Shown here piece by piece: positions 35,999 through 47,700 of a DNA stretch of 64,000 nucleotides. Each line of letters starts with the position of its first letter. The stretch's first letter is position 1. Both the position numbers and the translations under genes were made by a program. Under the pieces are notes generated by a model. That model saw only the letters and a program-made list of their open reading frames with translations, made no database searches and had not been told where the DNA came from. The stretch lies in NCBI GenBank assembly GCA_036172245.1, contig JAYWIR010000005.1, forward strand, positions 6,138,001-6,202,000. Reading direction: 5' to 3'. Origin of the DNA: Raillietiella orientalis. Taxonomy: Eukaryota.

Positions 35999-38378
35999 GG
36001 GAAGAACCATCTTGGAAGACGCTGACACACGTTTAGAGTGGAGAAAAACCATGGTGCTAACGCCAGAGTTCCAAAGCGAAGTGCTGCACTTCATTTCTAG
36101 ATCGTTACTTAGCTGTGCAATCTCGAAAAGAGCTGAAGGTAACAGAACGATAGAGCATGACCTAGATTGATAGCGTGGAGATTCCGGACAAAGTACACAG
36201 AATTACTACCACAGCTGGACTTCAGGGAAGAATACTCGAGGTGTACAAAGTACTTTGACTTCTGTGGCGTTTCACTCGTTCTCAAAAACGCTCCATAAGG
36301 TACTGATCGTAGTCAACGGAGGTCCAATCGATTTATCGAGAAAATGAGCACGAAAATCGCTCATCAATTCATTGGACTCTTCCAGCAATTCCGTCTTAAT
36401 AATTTATGAAAAAAAAAAAATTGAAAGCAGAAAGATCTTGACAGTCCCACTAATATAAAGTTGATCGACAAAAGAGGAGCACACACACATGCAGCATACC
36501 GAGTTTCTCTTTCATAGTGGAGGGATGAAAATTTCATTTGAGGGTAGGAGATTGGTTAGCCGTCCTAAGTGGAATGTGGCAAAAACGAAAATTGATGGCG
36601 AATGAGGAAAATCTTTCCTCTGTTCCGGCTTTTCATGAAACTCAGGGTAGGTACATGCGGCCTTTGTACTGAACGGGTTTCGTTTTCATGTCAACTGATG
36701 GGAATTTTAAGGAACTTTAGTAATGGCTTTTCTGCATCTGCTCTACCAAAGCTCACACTTTCATTTCATTAACTTTATTAAACGAGGCAACGAGAACAAC
36801 GACGCAAGAAGAGTAGATACTGGTCAGCTTTTACATGCTACTGTTTGTGGAGTGTTGAATGAAGGAGATTCAGGATATCAAAATGTAAAAAGGATGTGAA
36901 AGTACTTCCAGCATTAAAGCCTGTTTATGCAACGGGAGGAGGGGATGAGCACATAGGTTATAACGACTTCAATCGAAATTCCTCAAATGACTTTCTCAGC
37001 AAGGGACTTTGATTGGAATGCTGGCTTCCCTGTTTGAGCGGAATCCGCAAGTCTCTTCTTCCTTGCAATTTCGACAAACATAAGACTCGTAACTAGAATA
37101 ACTTCCAGTTTTTATGCTCGGCATTTTCAGAGCAACAAGAATGAGGATGCAAGAACGGGAATGGTATTAAGGAAGAGAAATTCGCTGGGAAAGCCTAAAT
37201 AATTAATAGAGAAAAAAAGTCAAAAAACGACGACAATGAAATTGAATCTAATAGATTTGAGTGACCACGCCCGAATAAGTCCTCCAACTCAGAAAATCAG
37301 CCCCAAGGGTATTTTTTTCGTTTTCAGCATTCCTGTCTTGATTGCCGTATTGATAGATATTTGCGCCTGTATTTCAAAGGAAACAAAGAATTAATTGAGA
37401 TGAAACGAAAGTTTGCTGCACTAGTTTCTTCTGGGACCCTGTTCAAAACTTCAGCGATCAGCATTAATTACATCTCTGATAAGAACCATTGCTTGTCAGA
37501 ATAAGAACACATCCAGAAAAGGATAGCATTTTAAACAAACAGATATTTGGAAGGTATAAAACAAGAATCCAAGAAAAGATGACTCATTAATGAAAAACAA
37601 ACGTAGCCATCAGTGATCGAAGAACCATAACGCCACTTTCCAGAAATAATCTGTATTTAGTGATTTACGCCATGTTCACCATTAATCCTTGAATGACAAA
37701 TCCCAATTATCGATTTCTAAACAGTGACGTTCGTGTATTCCGTATTTTCTATCTGATGGGTGCTGATGATGGATTTTTGAATTCGTGTGTTAGCTTGGTA
37801 AGTTTCCGTTAATCAAGCAGTTAATAAAAGGGAATGATTCGTTTGTTTCTATTTATCCGTGAATTATACGGTTTCATCACAGAACATGGAAACATTGTTG
37901 AGATCCCCCCAAAAAACATACACTTTTTTTATTTTCTTGACCGTGTTATCAACGCTGAGTATGAAATCTGTTAATTTTGTACTTGGGTTATCAGAAAACT
38001 GCCTGAGTAAATTCTGGCAGCTATCAGTTTTCTGATGCAATTTGAATTCGGCACAGAATGCGTTTGAAAGGGGAGGGGACCATTGTCTACCAATCTTGTA
38101 ATGAATTTTCGACAGATACTTGTGCTAGTGTACATAATGTGGCAGCTACACCTGAAGATTTGACATGCACCGTGGTAACCTTGCTGACATGTGCGCCTCC
38201 TCGTGCGCGCGGTTCAAACGATTCTCTCGCCTTGGGTTTGTGTTGTGGTCATCGGTCAAACAGCCAACATGCAAAAAGTGCTTCATGAAAACCTCAACAT
38301 CTTATATGCCAAGCTTGGAAAGTGATGCCTTGAATTAAGTTCAGACTCTCCTAACTCGTGTGAAAGTAGTGAAAACAA

Positions 38379-38864
38379 ATGGACGAAGTACAATTAGCAA
38401 AGCAAAAATGTAAGTTAAAAAAAAAAAAAAAATGGCAATGACCTTGTGGCGTACATTATAGTTGAAGAATTAGAAACCAGGATAAAGGATGCAAGTGCAA
38501 TCATTTCCCAAGTGTTGTCAAATAAGAAGGAATTGTTGAGGGAACTGCACGATCAGCAAAAATATAACAATTACATTTCAATACCATATTCTCAGAAGCG
38601 GTAAATGGGTTCATGCAGAACTTCTATTACTGTACTGCTTTCAGGGAATTTGATAATTACATGGATGCACTTCTAGTGCTGAGCCAAGACAACGAAAGTA
38701 AAGTTGATTCTCACATGTACCAACCAGAGTTTGCTGGCATTAAAAATGTAGAAAGTGACTTATTTTTCTGGAAGTGCAACTTGGATATACTGAAAGAGCT
38801 GAAAAATCAAACACAAGAAATCAAGAAAACACAAGAATCAAAAGCCTCTCAAGGCAGTTCATAA
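38379..38864 (+). CDS. Complete 3-exon gene, 129-aa coiled-coil protein, probable augmin/HAUS complex subunit (Msd1/HAUS2-like)
   Basis: Exons 38379-38409, 38462-38600 and 38645-38864 total 390 nt. Introns are 52 bp (GTAAGT..TAG) and 44 bp (GTAAAT..TTTCAG) with matching phases. Start context ACAAATG; AATAAA at 38890. Protein: MDEVQLAKQKFEELETRIKDASAIISQVLSNKKELLRELHDQQKYNNYISIPYSQKREFDNYMDALL...KASQGSS. The V-x-NK..L..L....I-x-IP...KREF pattern resembles remembered HAUS2/Msd1 sequences. The gene structure is more certain than the family call. Confidence 0.75.
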
Positions 38865-38889
38865 AATACCTCTTTTGTACAGTCTCATG

Positions 38890-38895
38890 AATAAA
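38890..38895 (+). terminator. Polyadenylation signal of the Msd1/HAUS2-like gene
   Basis: AATAAA 25 nt after the TAA stop, followed by T-rich sequence. Confidence 0.55.
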
Positions 38896-41894
38896 ATACA
38901 TAGGAATCAAAATTTAATGTGCTTTTATGAAGTTAAATGGCTGTTTCACATGAAATATTTACTGCTTCATTATTTTGTTATGCTCTCAAACGGAAAGAAA
39001 ATGGTTCATTAGCAAGATATATTCTGCATACTTTGCGTAGCATTCTTTAATGTTTCATTTTCTGTGAGCATTTGTATCTCCCTCAAGTATTTGTATGCAT
39101 GTGCCTTGTATCCATGCATTTGTACCATCAATGTTTAATGACATTTCTCATCTTGTTATTTGGACTGCTGAATAATAGAATATAAAAAATAGTGGACCAT
39201 TTGGCCTTAAGCAGGTGGTTTCCTTTTTGTTCCTAACTAGATTCAGTATTTTGCTGAGTAGAATTTGAGTACTGGAACAGATGTGCATTTTTTTTCTACT
39301 GTTAACTGTTTTCTAGGTACTATTATATTCCCAAATAAGTACTCATAATCTGTCAAGTACAGATGAAATGTGATGTAAAGAATGAGGCAAAATTTTATGC
39401 AGAATCATTTAAACATGTCATTGGAGAGTGTGTTAAATTTGCATCATTCAACAGAACTGTCAAACCATATTCAAATCCATTTCACCAAATTTTTATCTAT
39501 CAATTACAGTCTGAAAACATTAACAATGCACTATAAACTGATTGAGCAGTTGATTTGCTATTTGCATAGAGTACCCAAATAGAAAAACAGCCATCACAAA
39601 TCTTGCTGGGTATTCACTTCTAACATCAACGTAAACCTACTTCAAATGTTGGGAATGAATGAATGTATCTAACAACAATACAAAAGTACTTTTGCATCCT
39701 TTCCCGTGTCACTCGTTTTACAGAAGTGTGGATTCTTTTCCATCCACATTCATCAACAGGTGTTGTAACTGCTAAAAAGGAATGATATATAATTTGTTTT
39801 TTTGTGCATTTTCAGAAAGATTTGAGAATAAGACAGTTAAGGAGTCATTCCAAACATTTGCACCCACATGATTATAAAACTAATTTTTCTGAGCTAGCGC
39901 TCTTAAGCACACAGCAATTCTTATGTAATGCATCTTTTGTAAATCATTAAGCAGGTAACTTGTTTTCATCGAAGCTGTAATGGAATCACAAGCCATATCA
40001 TTCTCACCATTTGAGATTGCATTTTTAAAGATTGGAAGAATTACCTTTGCCATGTCAGAACAGGCAATTTCAACTTTTCAACAACCCATTCATGCACCGT
40101 GGATCATGCAGCCATTGAAAATGAATACTTTGCCCCCCTAACATTTTTTGTAATTCATACACAAACAATTTATGCAAGTTTTTAAAGAGAGGCAATCCAT
40201 CTATTATCAGTTTAATGAAGTTTCCATGCTTTTGAAGGCTTGGATTCATTTCGAAAATCTGCAATGGTGAAGTGAAGCCTTTGAAAGTTTGGATTCATTT
40301 GTTACATGGCATCCGTGTACAGGTGTCCTGCACATGAAGAATGTTGCAGCAGTATGTTCATTCTCCTAATATTGGGTCCATACACGTTTGGTTTTTGAAT
40401 TGAATGCTCTGAATTGAACCGTATATTTCCTGGAACTCGTTAACGATTCTCTCCGTATTTTTTCCACATGAAATTTTTCCTTAAAGTTTCTAAATGCGTC
40501 TACGCAACTTTATGTTTCAGTTTGTTGCTTAAAGTGTATTCCACGCCAAAACAAAAATTTTGCCAACAGAAAAACACATGGAGGAGCGCTTCTTCCATAA
40601 AGAAGAGCAAATTGCTCGATATTTCACATCCGTTTTGTTTGTTTCTTTGTTTGTTTTTTTCCGGTTCCGGCGACCATTTCAAATTCGAAAAACGTTCATT
40701 TACGATTCTATTGTATAGGAATTGCGTTTCCCTCCCGTGTCTCCTATTTTTATGGGTCCTCCATAAAATTACGTGATTGTGTAGCCATTCCACGTTTCTC
40801 GTTCCTGAGTAACAAAGTTCTTCCCAGGCATCTGAGGTCACCATTCAGTCTCTTTACGTATTAAAGTGGAGAATGGCACGTGCTTTACGAAGGCGTGACC
40901 GAAAGGCAGTTTGCCGATCAGGCTCTTCCTGTTCCCTGATCTTTTTCACTCTGCGTCCCCAAGGAACATCTTTCTTCCCGAAGAGGGAAAGAAGGAGTAG
41001 CAAAAGGGCCAGCATGAATTTTGCAAATGTTGCCGTGGAGCCGGTGGACTCCGCCCACGCGCGGAGCTCCTCCGAGTCTGCATTTCTGAATAATTTAGAA
41101 GAATAAAGGCTTAATAGCTGCTTTGTCTCCATCTTTTCCCAAACGATAACTGGAGAGCTGCTCTTCTTAGGGACACCCATCTTCGTACGAAGTCTCCCCC
41201 CTCATACTTTGTGTGTAAACATTCGTGAGTCATTAAACGAAGGAAAATGCTTCAGCGACACGAACTCGTCGGATGGGGCCCATGGATTCCCAGCGTGGCA
41301 GTAGCTTCGAGCTTCGGGCCCTAAGACTTGAGGGGTTAAATCAGCATTGGAATTACCGAAATACACAGTTGGGTATGAGGTACATTGCTATTCACCTTTT
41401 TACCTATCTAAACTCTATCTAAATCTAGCTCACCTGTCTAAACGCCTTTTATGGAGAGTGTCTGCGCAGAAGCTGCTGGGAATGAAACTTTATCTAGGAA
41501 AATCTTCCTGAATTTCTTATGCACATCTTCTTGCTTTCCTGAAAATTCAGCTTCAAGGATAAAACTTATATGAAGGTCAATCTGGGATGTTCCAATTTCA
41601 CCTGAATTCTGAATTCAATCCCCGTGCCGGTCTTTTGCGAGGCTACATTTCACCTGACATTTATCTGAGCTTTTTCCTTCATTTGCTCTGGAAATGCATT
41701 TCAAGGCATGCAATGCAGCTTTAGAAAACACCCACCACGGTGAGAGGTTTGTGATTCGAAATTTGCCTCAGAACAGTCTCGACAAAGAGATGGCGATTAT
41801 CTCCGGTAAAAGCACATGCAACTTGTGGTGTCGATCCAATTTCAAGTGGAGATTACTTCTAAGGGATTAATAGAGCAGCGGTCTCAAGGAAAAA

Positions 41895-41997
41895 CCTCCA
41901 CCTCGAGGGCAGCAAGGGTCTTAAGGAAGGCTGGCAGTCCAAGAGATGGTTGGCATCTAAGCACAGGCGATCAATCTTGCTGCCCTCGAGGTGGAGG
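41895..41997. repeat. Perfect 22-bp inverted repeat with a 59-nt spacer
   Basis: CCTCCACCTCGAGGGCAGCAAG (41895-41916) and CTTGCTGCCCTCGAGGTGGAGG (41976-41997). Confidence 0.9.
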
Positions 41998-42689
41998 AAG
42001 TCAATGTTTGCCACGGGAGATCCATCTCACAACTACCATGAATTGAACTCGAGCTGCTAATGGAATCAGCTCTCAGCAATAAGAAACATTGGAGCGATCG
42101 ATCGAGTTTTCGAATGCAGGGTTCATTTTTCCTCCGAGTAGAAAACTGCCTCGTAAACTAAGCAAGGAGAGAGCTCCTTCCGAAATGCAAATGATTCCCG
42201 GTTCCCGATGCTTGCTTCCTGAAAGACTCCAGTGAGCGGAATCGTGAGTCACCTTGTCCCTCAGCGCCCACAGCACGCGCGGCGATTGCAAACCGCGAGG
42301 AGACACGGAATTCGAGTTCTTCATCGTCCATTACAAACTCCCCCACTTCCTGTGGAAGAATAAGGAACCACACCATAGCGAGGCACGGCGGCTCGAGCCA
42401 GGCCTCGCTGTGGTGGTTCCTTGAGGATATTTGCCCAGTAAATTTCAGTTCCTCCCTACAGAAGCACTAGAACGTATAACTGTTGGAGGGGAAAGGGATG
42501 GTGGCAATCGTTGATAGCACCCACCAAGAAGAATCGGATGGGATCGAATAGATGGCGCGTGGTTCGAATCGAATCGGATCTGATCCCAAGCACCCTCACA
42601 TACTCCAGAATGCTCTTCTTGTTGGTCTCCCTCACTAGTGGACTCGATCTCAGGGAAACACTCACATGCGTCCACCATGGTCTCTATTA

Positions 42690-42890
42690 CGGTTCCATTC
42701 CCTTCCAAGTTGCACCCCTTACGCTGATCACATTTTGTTCCTCGTGGTGGGTGCTAACAAAAGATTGGGAAGGGGAAGGAAAGAATTTTCCTCCTATTCC
42801 GCAGACCTGTTCTCTGTATATCATCTTTCTGGCTAGACTGTGGCTTTCAGAAATCACTTTATGTAGGCTACTTCGACTGATGCTTCCAGT
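42690..42890 (-). mobile_element. Degenerate LINE (CR1/L2/jockey-like) reverse-transcriptase fragment
   Basis: Minus strand reads SVEVAYIK*FLKATV then RKMIYREQVCGIGGK...SFV...ISVRGAT, echoing VDVIYLDF.KAFD.VPH.RL..KL...GI.GK...SFL..R.Q.V.V.G. Confidence 0.45.
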
Positions 42891-44439
42891 AGGTGACAAG
42901 GAATTACCAGAAGTAACCGGGAGTGTTTGATATTCGAGCACTCCATTTCTTTCCTTATGTGCTCCATCTATAGTCTAAGAGTTGGGTCGTTGATCACTTT
43001 GTGGTTTTCTGGATCCCAGCATTCCAAGGGTTCTACGACAGAAGCTCATGCTGACGCCGGCACTCTCTGTGAGGTAGAGTGGAGGGCCAGTCCTCGATAC
43101 TGTTGCTCTCTTCTGCTGTCCCGAGTCATCCGGGGACTCCACTGAGTTTCTCGTGGGAGCAGGCGACTTCCAGTGTGACTATTCTACCTGGGGTACCAGA
43201 TGGTGCCAAATCCTTGAGTCCAATTAAGAAGAGTATTCTAGAACAATATCCTTCTTGGGTGTTATTCTAGCATAAAAGAGCAACGCGCCATCCATTCTCA
43301 GTGCTAAAGAAGAAGCTGCGATGTTTGGAACTATCCAAACATCTCAGCTAATTAAAAATCACTGAGCAAACCCCGCTTCGTATCAAGCATCGAAAGAATG
43401 CATTCAAGAAGCGTTTTCTATAAATCTTGGCCGAATGTTTCATCCAGTTCTATCAAGCACAGAAGTTCCAATTCTCAGCTCAGTTTCTGATAAGCGAAAA
43501 ACCCACATCATTTCAAATCTCCTTCACTGTACCATGTCCTGAAAATTGACTTTAACTTGGTACTGAAACAACATGATGACAGTACGGACTGCAAGCACAT
43601 ATCTGTTCGGGGTAATTTTTTCTTGTCTGCTTTGATCAGATATTCACTAAGAAAGAAAACAAACACACCCTTGGTCCACTGAGCGATGAGTAGGACTATA
43701 AATTTATCACCTTACTAGCTCCCAATAGGACTCAATAGTATCGTGCCACTCCCATAGCGCCAATCGTATTTAACGTTCATCTCTGTGTGATTTCAAGAGG
43801 ACAGGCTGCTTTTCTTCTCTATTTTCAGTGCTATCCATCATCAATAAAGAGGTTTACTACCAGTCGTCTTATATCCGTACACCGTATCATTATCCATAAG
43901 CATTAATGCCTGAGCAGGGACCATCAATAACTTTCGCCCTTTTTGTAGCCGCAGCATGATCTCCACTCACTCCCTTCCGACATGCCCCGTGTTACGACTT
44001 GTGTGACCCCAGAAAGGCAGGTGATCTTGACTACGCGATTGCAACACTCAGCCGAGCCCGTGGATTGGCGATTTCGTCCTTCATCAGCAGAGAGTTACGT
44101 TTGCTCAGGGCAGATTACCCTCCTCCTTCACTTGCGTTACGGTCCAGTGAGAACTTGTTACCGCCCTTGGTCAGGGAACCTTTTTTCCCTTCGTACTAAT
44201 CACGAAAGCGGTGTACCGACTCTAGAAGGAGCTCCTCTGGGATTAGCGCATTAGCAAGCGATTTCGAAGTCAACTTCCCTCCTCACTACCTGCTCATTCC
44301 TTACTAACCCACTGTCTACACAAGAGCTTCCGATCCCATCCCACAAACAACTCATTTCCTTATGAGGCTTCCATCCCGTAACATCCCTTAAGTAAAAGAC
44401 GCATTTCAATTCCCTTTTCTCAAGCATATATTATAAATA

Positions 44440-44775
44440 TGGTGCTACCTCGGTCCTCGACGGTGTCGGAACTCGTCAAACTCAGTATTCGTCACGTTTT
44501 GACGAGAAAAAAAGTTTCGACACTCGGCGCGTGCTCGGAACTCGACACCCCACTCATGATGTAAGAAGTGAACGTTTTCTTCTCGTGGTAGCTCGCAAAC
44601 AGCACCAAACACTCCCGTAGAGTCCCTCCGAATCGTTCCTCTTTTTCAAATGCATATTACGTGTTAATCATGGGTTCCGAAGCGATTAAAAACGATACCA
44701 GGAAACCTAGAAAGGAACTCGTTCGGTACTCGTCCGTTTTAGCACTCGTCACGACGAGTATCGAGCTTACTACTG
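44440..44775. mobile_element. Putative old non-autonomous DNA transposon (MITE, possibly hAT-like)
   Basis: Seven ACTCG/CGAGT motifs cluster at the two ends (44471-44544 and 44717-44759), and the termini form an imperfect ~23-bp inverted match. No clear target-site duplication. Confidence 0.4.
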
Positions 44776-47700
44776 TGTTATGTAAAATGCTGTGTTCTCA
44801 TGAATGCATCGAATTGGGTTATGATCAATGTTTGCTAAATAATACGTTTTGCATATTTTTAAGTAAATTTCATTATATATACACACATGTACAGACTTAA
44901 TACTAGAGAACGAGGATGAAAGTGATCCGCGCTGTTTTCAACTTAATTTACTGACGATCTTCAAGTTGAATTCTGCTGTTAATTTCCGAGAATGCCCATC
45001 TTTATCACCGGCCGAGCAGTGAAGCACAGGCATTCATTTTGAAAATGGGGAATTTCTCCAGGCCATCAACTCCGAGGACCTTCCCTCCCACGAGGTGCTG
45101 GCAGCTACTGAAAGAAGGGTGCCTCAAACTCCAGGGGTCTGGGATGGTCCGTCCACCGTCCAATCTCCATCGCTCATTTGATCGCCGTCAGCAGCGCGCT
45201 CGTTTAAGGCCAGCGAAGCATCCGAGCTGCACTCCTGATTCGTCCGTCCCTCATCCTCATCCTCCGTCCGACTCATCTCTTCCTTGGTCCGCTGGCTCGG
45301 GCATCCGCAAGCGGTGGATTTGTTTCCCGAGTTCGCATCCCGGGAAAGCGGATCCTCCTCGCCCGTGTTCCGCCGCGTCCTCCCTCCCTTCACCCCAGCC
45401 GCCCCGCAGCGAGATGCTGCAGCCTCGCCGCTTTCCTCGCCTGCCCGGCGTCTCCTTGCACTCCCTCTCGACGACACTCCTCAGCCACCCATTAGGTCGA
45501 TCGCGACCAGCAAGTAGGGATCCATGCCGTTCCATTAGTGACTACTTTTCGTTATCCACGACGAGTCGTGGATATCTGCGACCATCCTCCTGGCTTGGGA
45601 CGGAGATCAGCCTTCCCTGTTTATCGCCGCCCTTATCGATGCCGACCATTATCCTTATCCCGACGATTTCCAGCTCCCTCTTCCCGATGGCAGCTCTGAG
45701 AACTCCATCTGCGAGCACCGACTGCTGGACTGCTGCTCGCGATCAGTCTCTCGCCTGGCACGCGTGGCTTCTGAGCGCGTGCGAGTTCGCCGCTCACTCG
45801 CTCGAACACACCACTGACGAAAGAGCTGCGCACAACCATCGGGATGTGCAAAACTCCTCCAGGAAAGAAGCGCCCGCTCATCAGCGTCCCCATAACACGC
45901 ACCTTTTTGCAGTGCTTTCTCCCCTCAGCCTTTCAGGCGCGTCATACGATCCAAGATTCCTGCCGGAATGGATACCGCCAGGGCCGTCCCCCGACAGCCT
46001 CCGCCGCTCCTGGCAGTTCTCCTCACCGTGTCCTCCCCGGACACGCTTCCCGCCTGCCCGCACACCAGATCACCTCCTTGACTCTTCTGCCTCTCCAAAT
46101 AAACTCCACAGCCTTCGCGTCCCGGTAGCGCCCTTCCTCCTTCTTCCCAGTCCCGCGTTCCCTCATGGCGCACGGACCCGGTTCGCAGCTCCGGGATCTC
46201 GGGTCTCACCCCTGCGCGGTGCAAGATTCGGTCGTGTTGCCGGTCCAGCTTCCCTCGGACGTTTGGTTTGGTTTGCAGGTCACAGCTCACTCTCCGCTAG
46301 CACACTCGAGGCTCCCATTCTTTATTTCACCCAGTCACGCCGGGCGCTTATTGTAAAAAAAAAAACATTTACAAAAAAAAACAGGCACATAAAATAGGAA
46401 ATGTCTTTCTTGGTAGTGACTTCACATCACCATTGAGAAGGGAGATGCCTCGGAGGAGCTGCTTCTCGTGAGCAGCCCTTCAGTGAGGTCGGCATAAGAG
46501 GAATGGGGGAAAAGGTAAACAAAAACACGCAGAAAAAACAAAAGTTCAGTTTAAAAATGTTCGGGGAGGATTCCTTCCCAGCATCCTCTGGTGGATGTTG
46601 GCAACTTCCTCCTTTTGTTGGCAAGGGTGTTGCCATCTTGTCTCCTTCCTCATGAAGAAGCAGACAATCTCCATGACGTCATCATTCGACTGGTTTCTTG
46701 AGGCTCGGCTTCTCGTCGCCGCAATCCCACGCAGGCAGCACGGGAAGGAAGGAAGGGAGCAAGGGAGGAAGCTGCAGGCGACATCGAGTCGCGTGCGGGG
46801 GGGCACCGCAAAACCTCTTTCCCGTTGCTCGTCGGGCGTGGGAGGGCCGCAGCGACGTGTTCCCAGACACTCAGAAGGACAACACAATCCAACAACAGGT
46901 GAGGGAAGGTTTCCCGTTCCTCGCAACTGGCTCAGTCTGGGGCCACATTTCCCCTCGTCCGCTGGTGGACTCGTGGGTTGCATGGAATCGCCCAGCGCAA
47001 CCACTGCAATGACGAATCCTGCCACTCAAGGGAAGCGTGAAGCTGCCCACAAACACGGGGGGAGTCTCTATCTCTTCTAAGGGAATGTCCAGAATTTCTG
47101 CCCAGCGAAGCATTCCTCTGGAGAGGGCGGCGGGGATACATGCATCAGCCAGTTGATGTGCCAGCTGCTCCTTTTTTCCCGCGATCTCGTAGGATACTTC
47201 CCATCTTGTAAGGCCATCGCTATTTCCACGTTGTTAGATTGTGTTGAGCGTGGCCGCAAGTGGTGTTCCGTGTCCAGGTTGTCTTCCTTGGAGTCCATGG
47301 TTTCCTGCAACGAGCATCGAGAGGAGTTTGAGAAACGCAGACGTCGCGATGGCTCCGGACTGGTGCTGTTTCTTTTCACCCGCGCCCGAACTGTTTCCTT
47401 TTTCCAGGCAACACAGCGTGAAGACAGGAAATGCACCTGTCCGCCTAGATCAAGGCGACCACTTGCTGGGGTTGGTACCCACATCGGGGCAACTCTCGGT
47501 GACCATGCACGAGGAACGCACGAGGATGTCCCACGGCTCCGGCTGCTCGCTTGACCAGGAGTCTGGCTAGGACGCACCAATGTGTGTGGTCCAGAACTTT
47601 GCCTCTAGAGCTAATCTTATACACTGGAGCTGACGCTCCATCCTCTCCAACTTCCAGACGCCAAGTTCGGCGTCCCGATGAGCACAAGTCCTTCAATCGG

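Larger units (their letters stand above)
28860..36140 (+). pseudogene. Heavily decayed tandem PAN/Apple-domain gene relic
   Basis: Plus-strand fragments repeatedly echo the PAN pattern CF..V....R......ECE..C....F.C..F.Y....CEL. Examples: 33336-33501 (AG..GT-bounded exon, ECLKL...LCEKECAGEFMCKGFNSR); 34322-34450 (GYFDRRRIRSDL...RELDRILWRCRAFG*); 31781-32305 (ERKPFLMHSFLY; GCFRQ...WKECQR); 29838-30107 (GFNCIS...LERDD); 28867-29082 (CFPRV...DLSRGPD). Stops and frameshifts interrupt the frame. Confidence 0.5.

Noticed and set aside
38269..38325. Short ORF MQKVLHENLNILYAKLGK upstream of the Msd1-like gene as an extra first exon
   Set aside because: It ends in a stop, there is no plausible intron joining it in frame, and an in-frame TGA lies 9 nt before ATG 38379. 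At most a uORF.
40070..40264. 64-aa minus-strand ORF with a cattgcAG acceptor in the CpG-poor island
   Set aside because: No compatible upstream exon or recognisable product found.
45039..46397. 452-aa plus-strand ORF
   Set aside because: Ser/Pro/Arg-rich with no domain and a TTG start; explained by pyrimidine/GC skew. Possibly eroded mobile DNA, but not identifiable.
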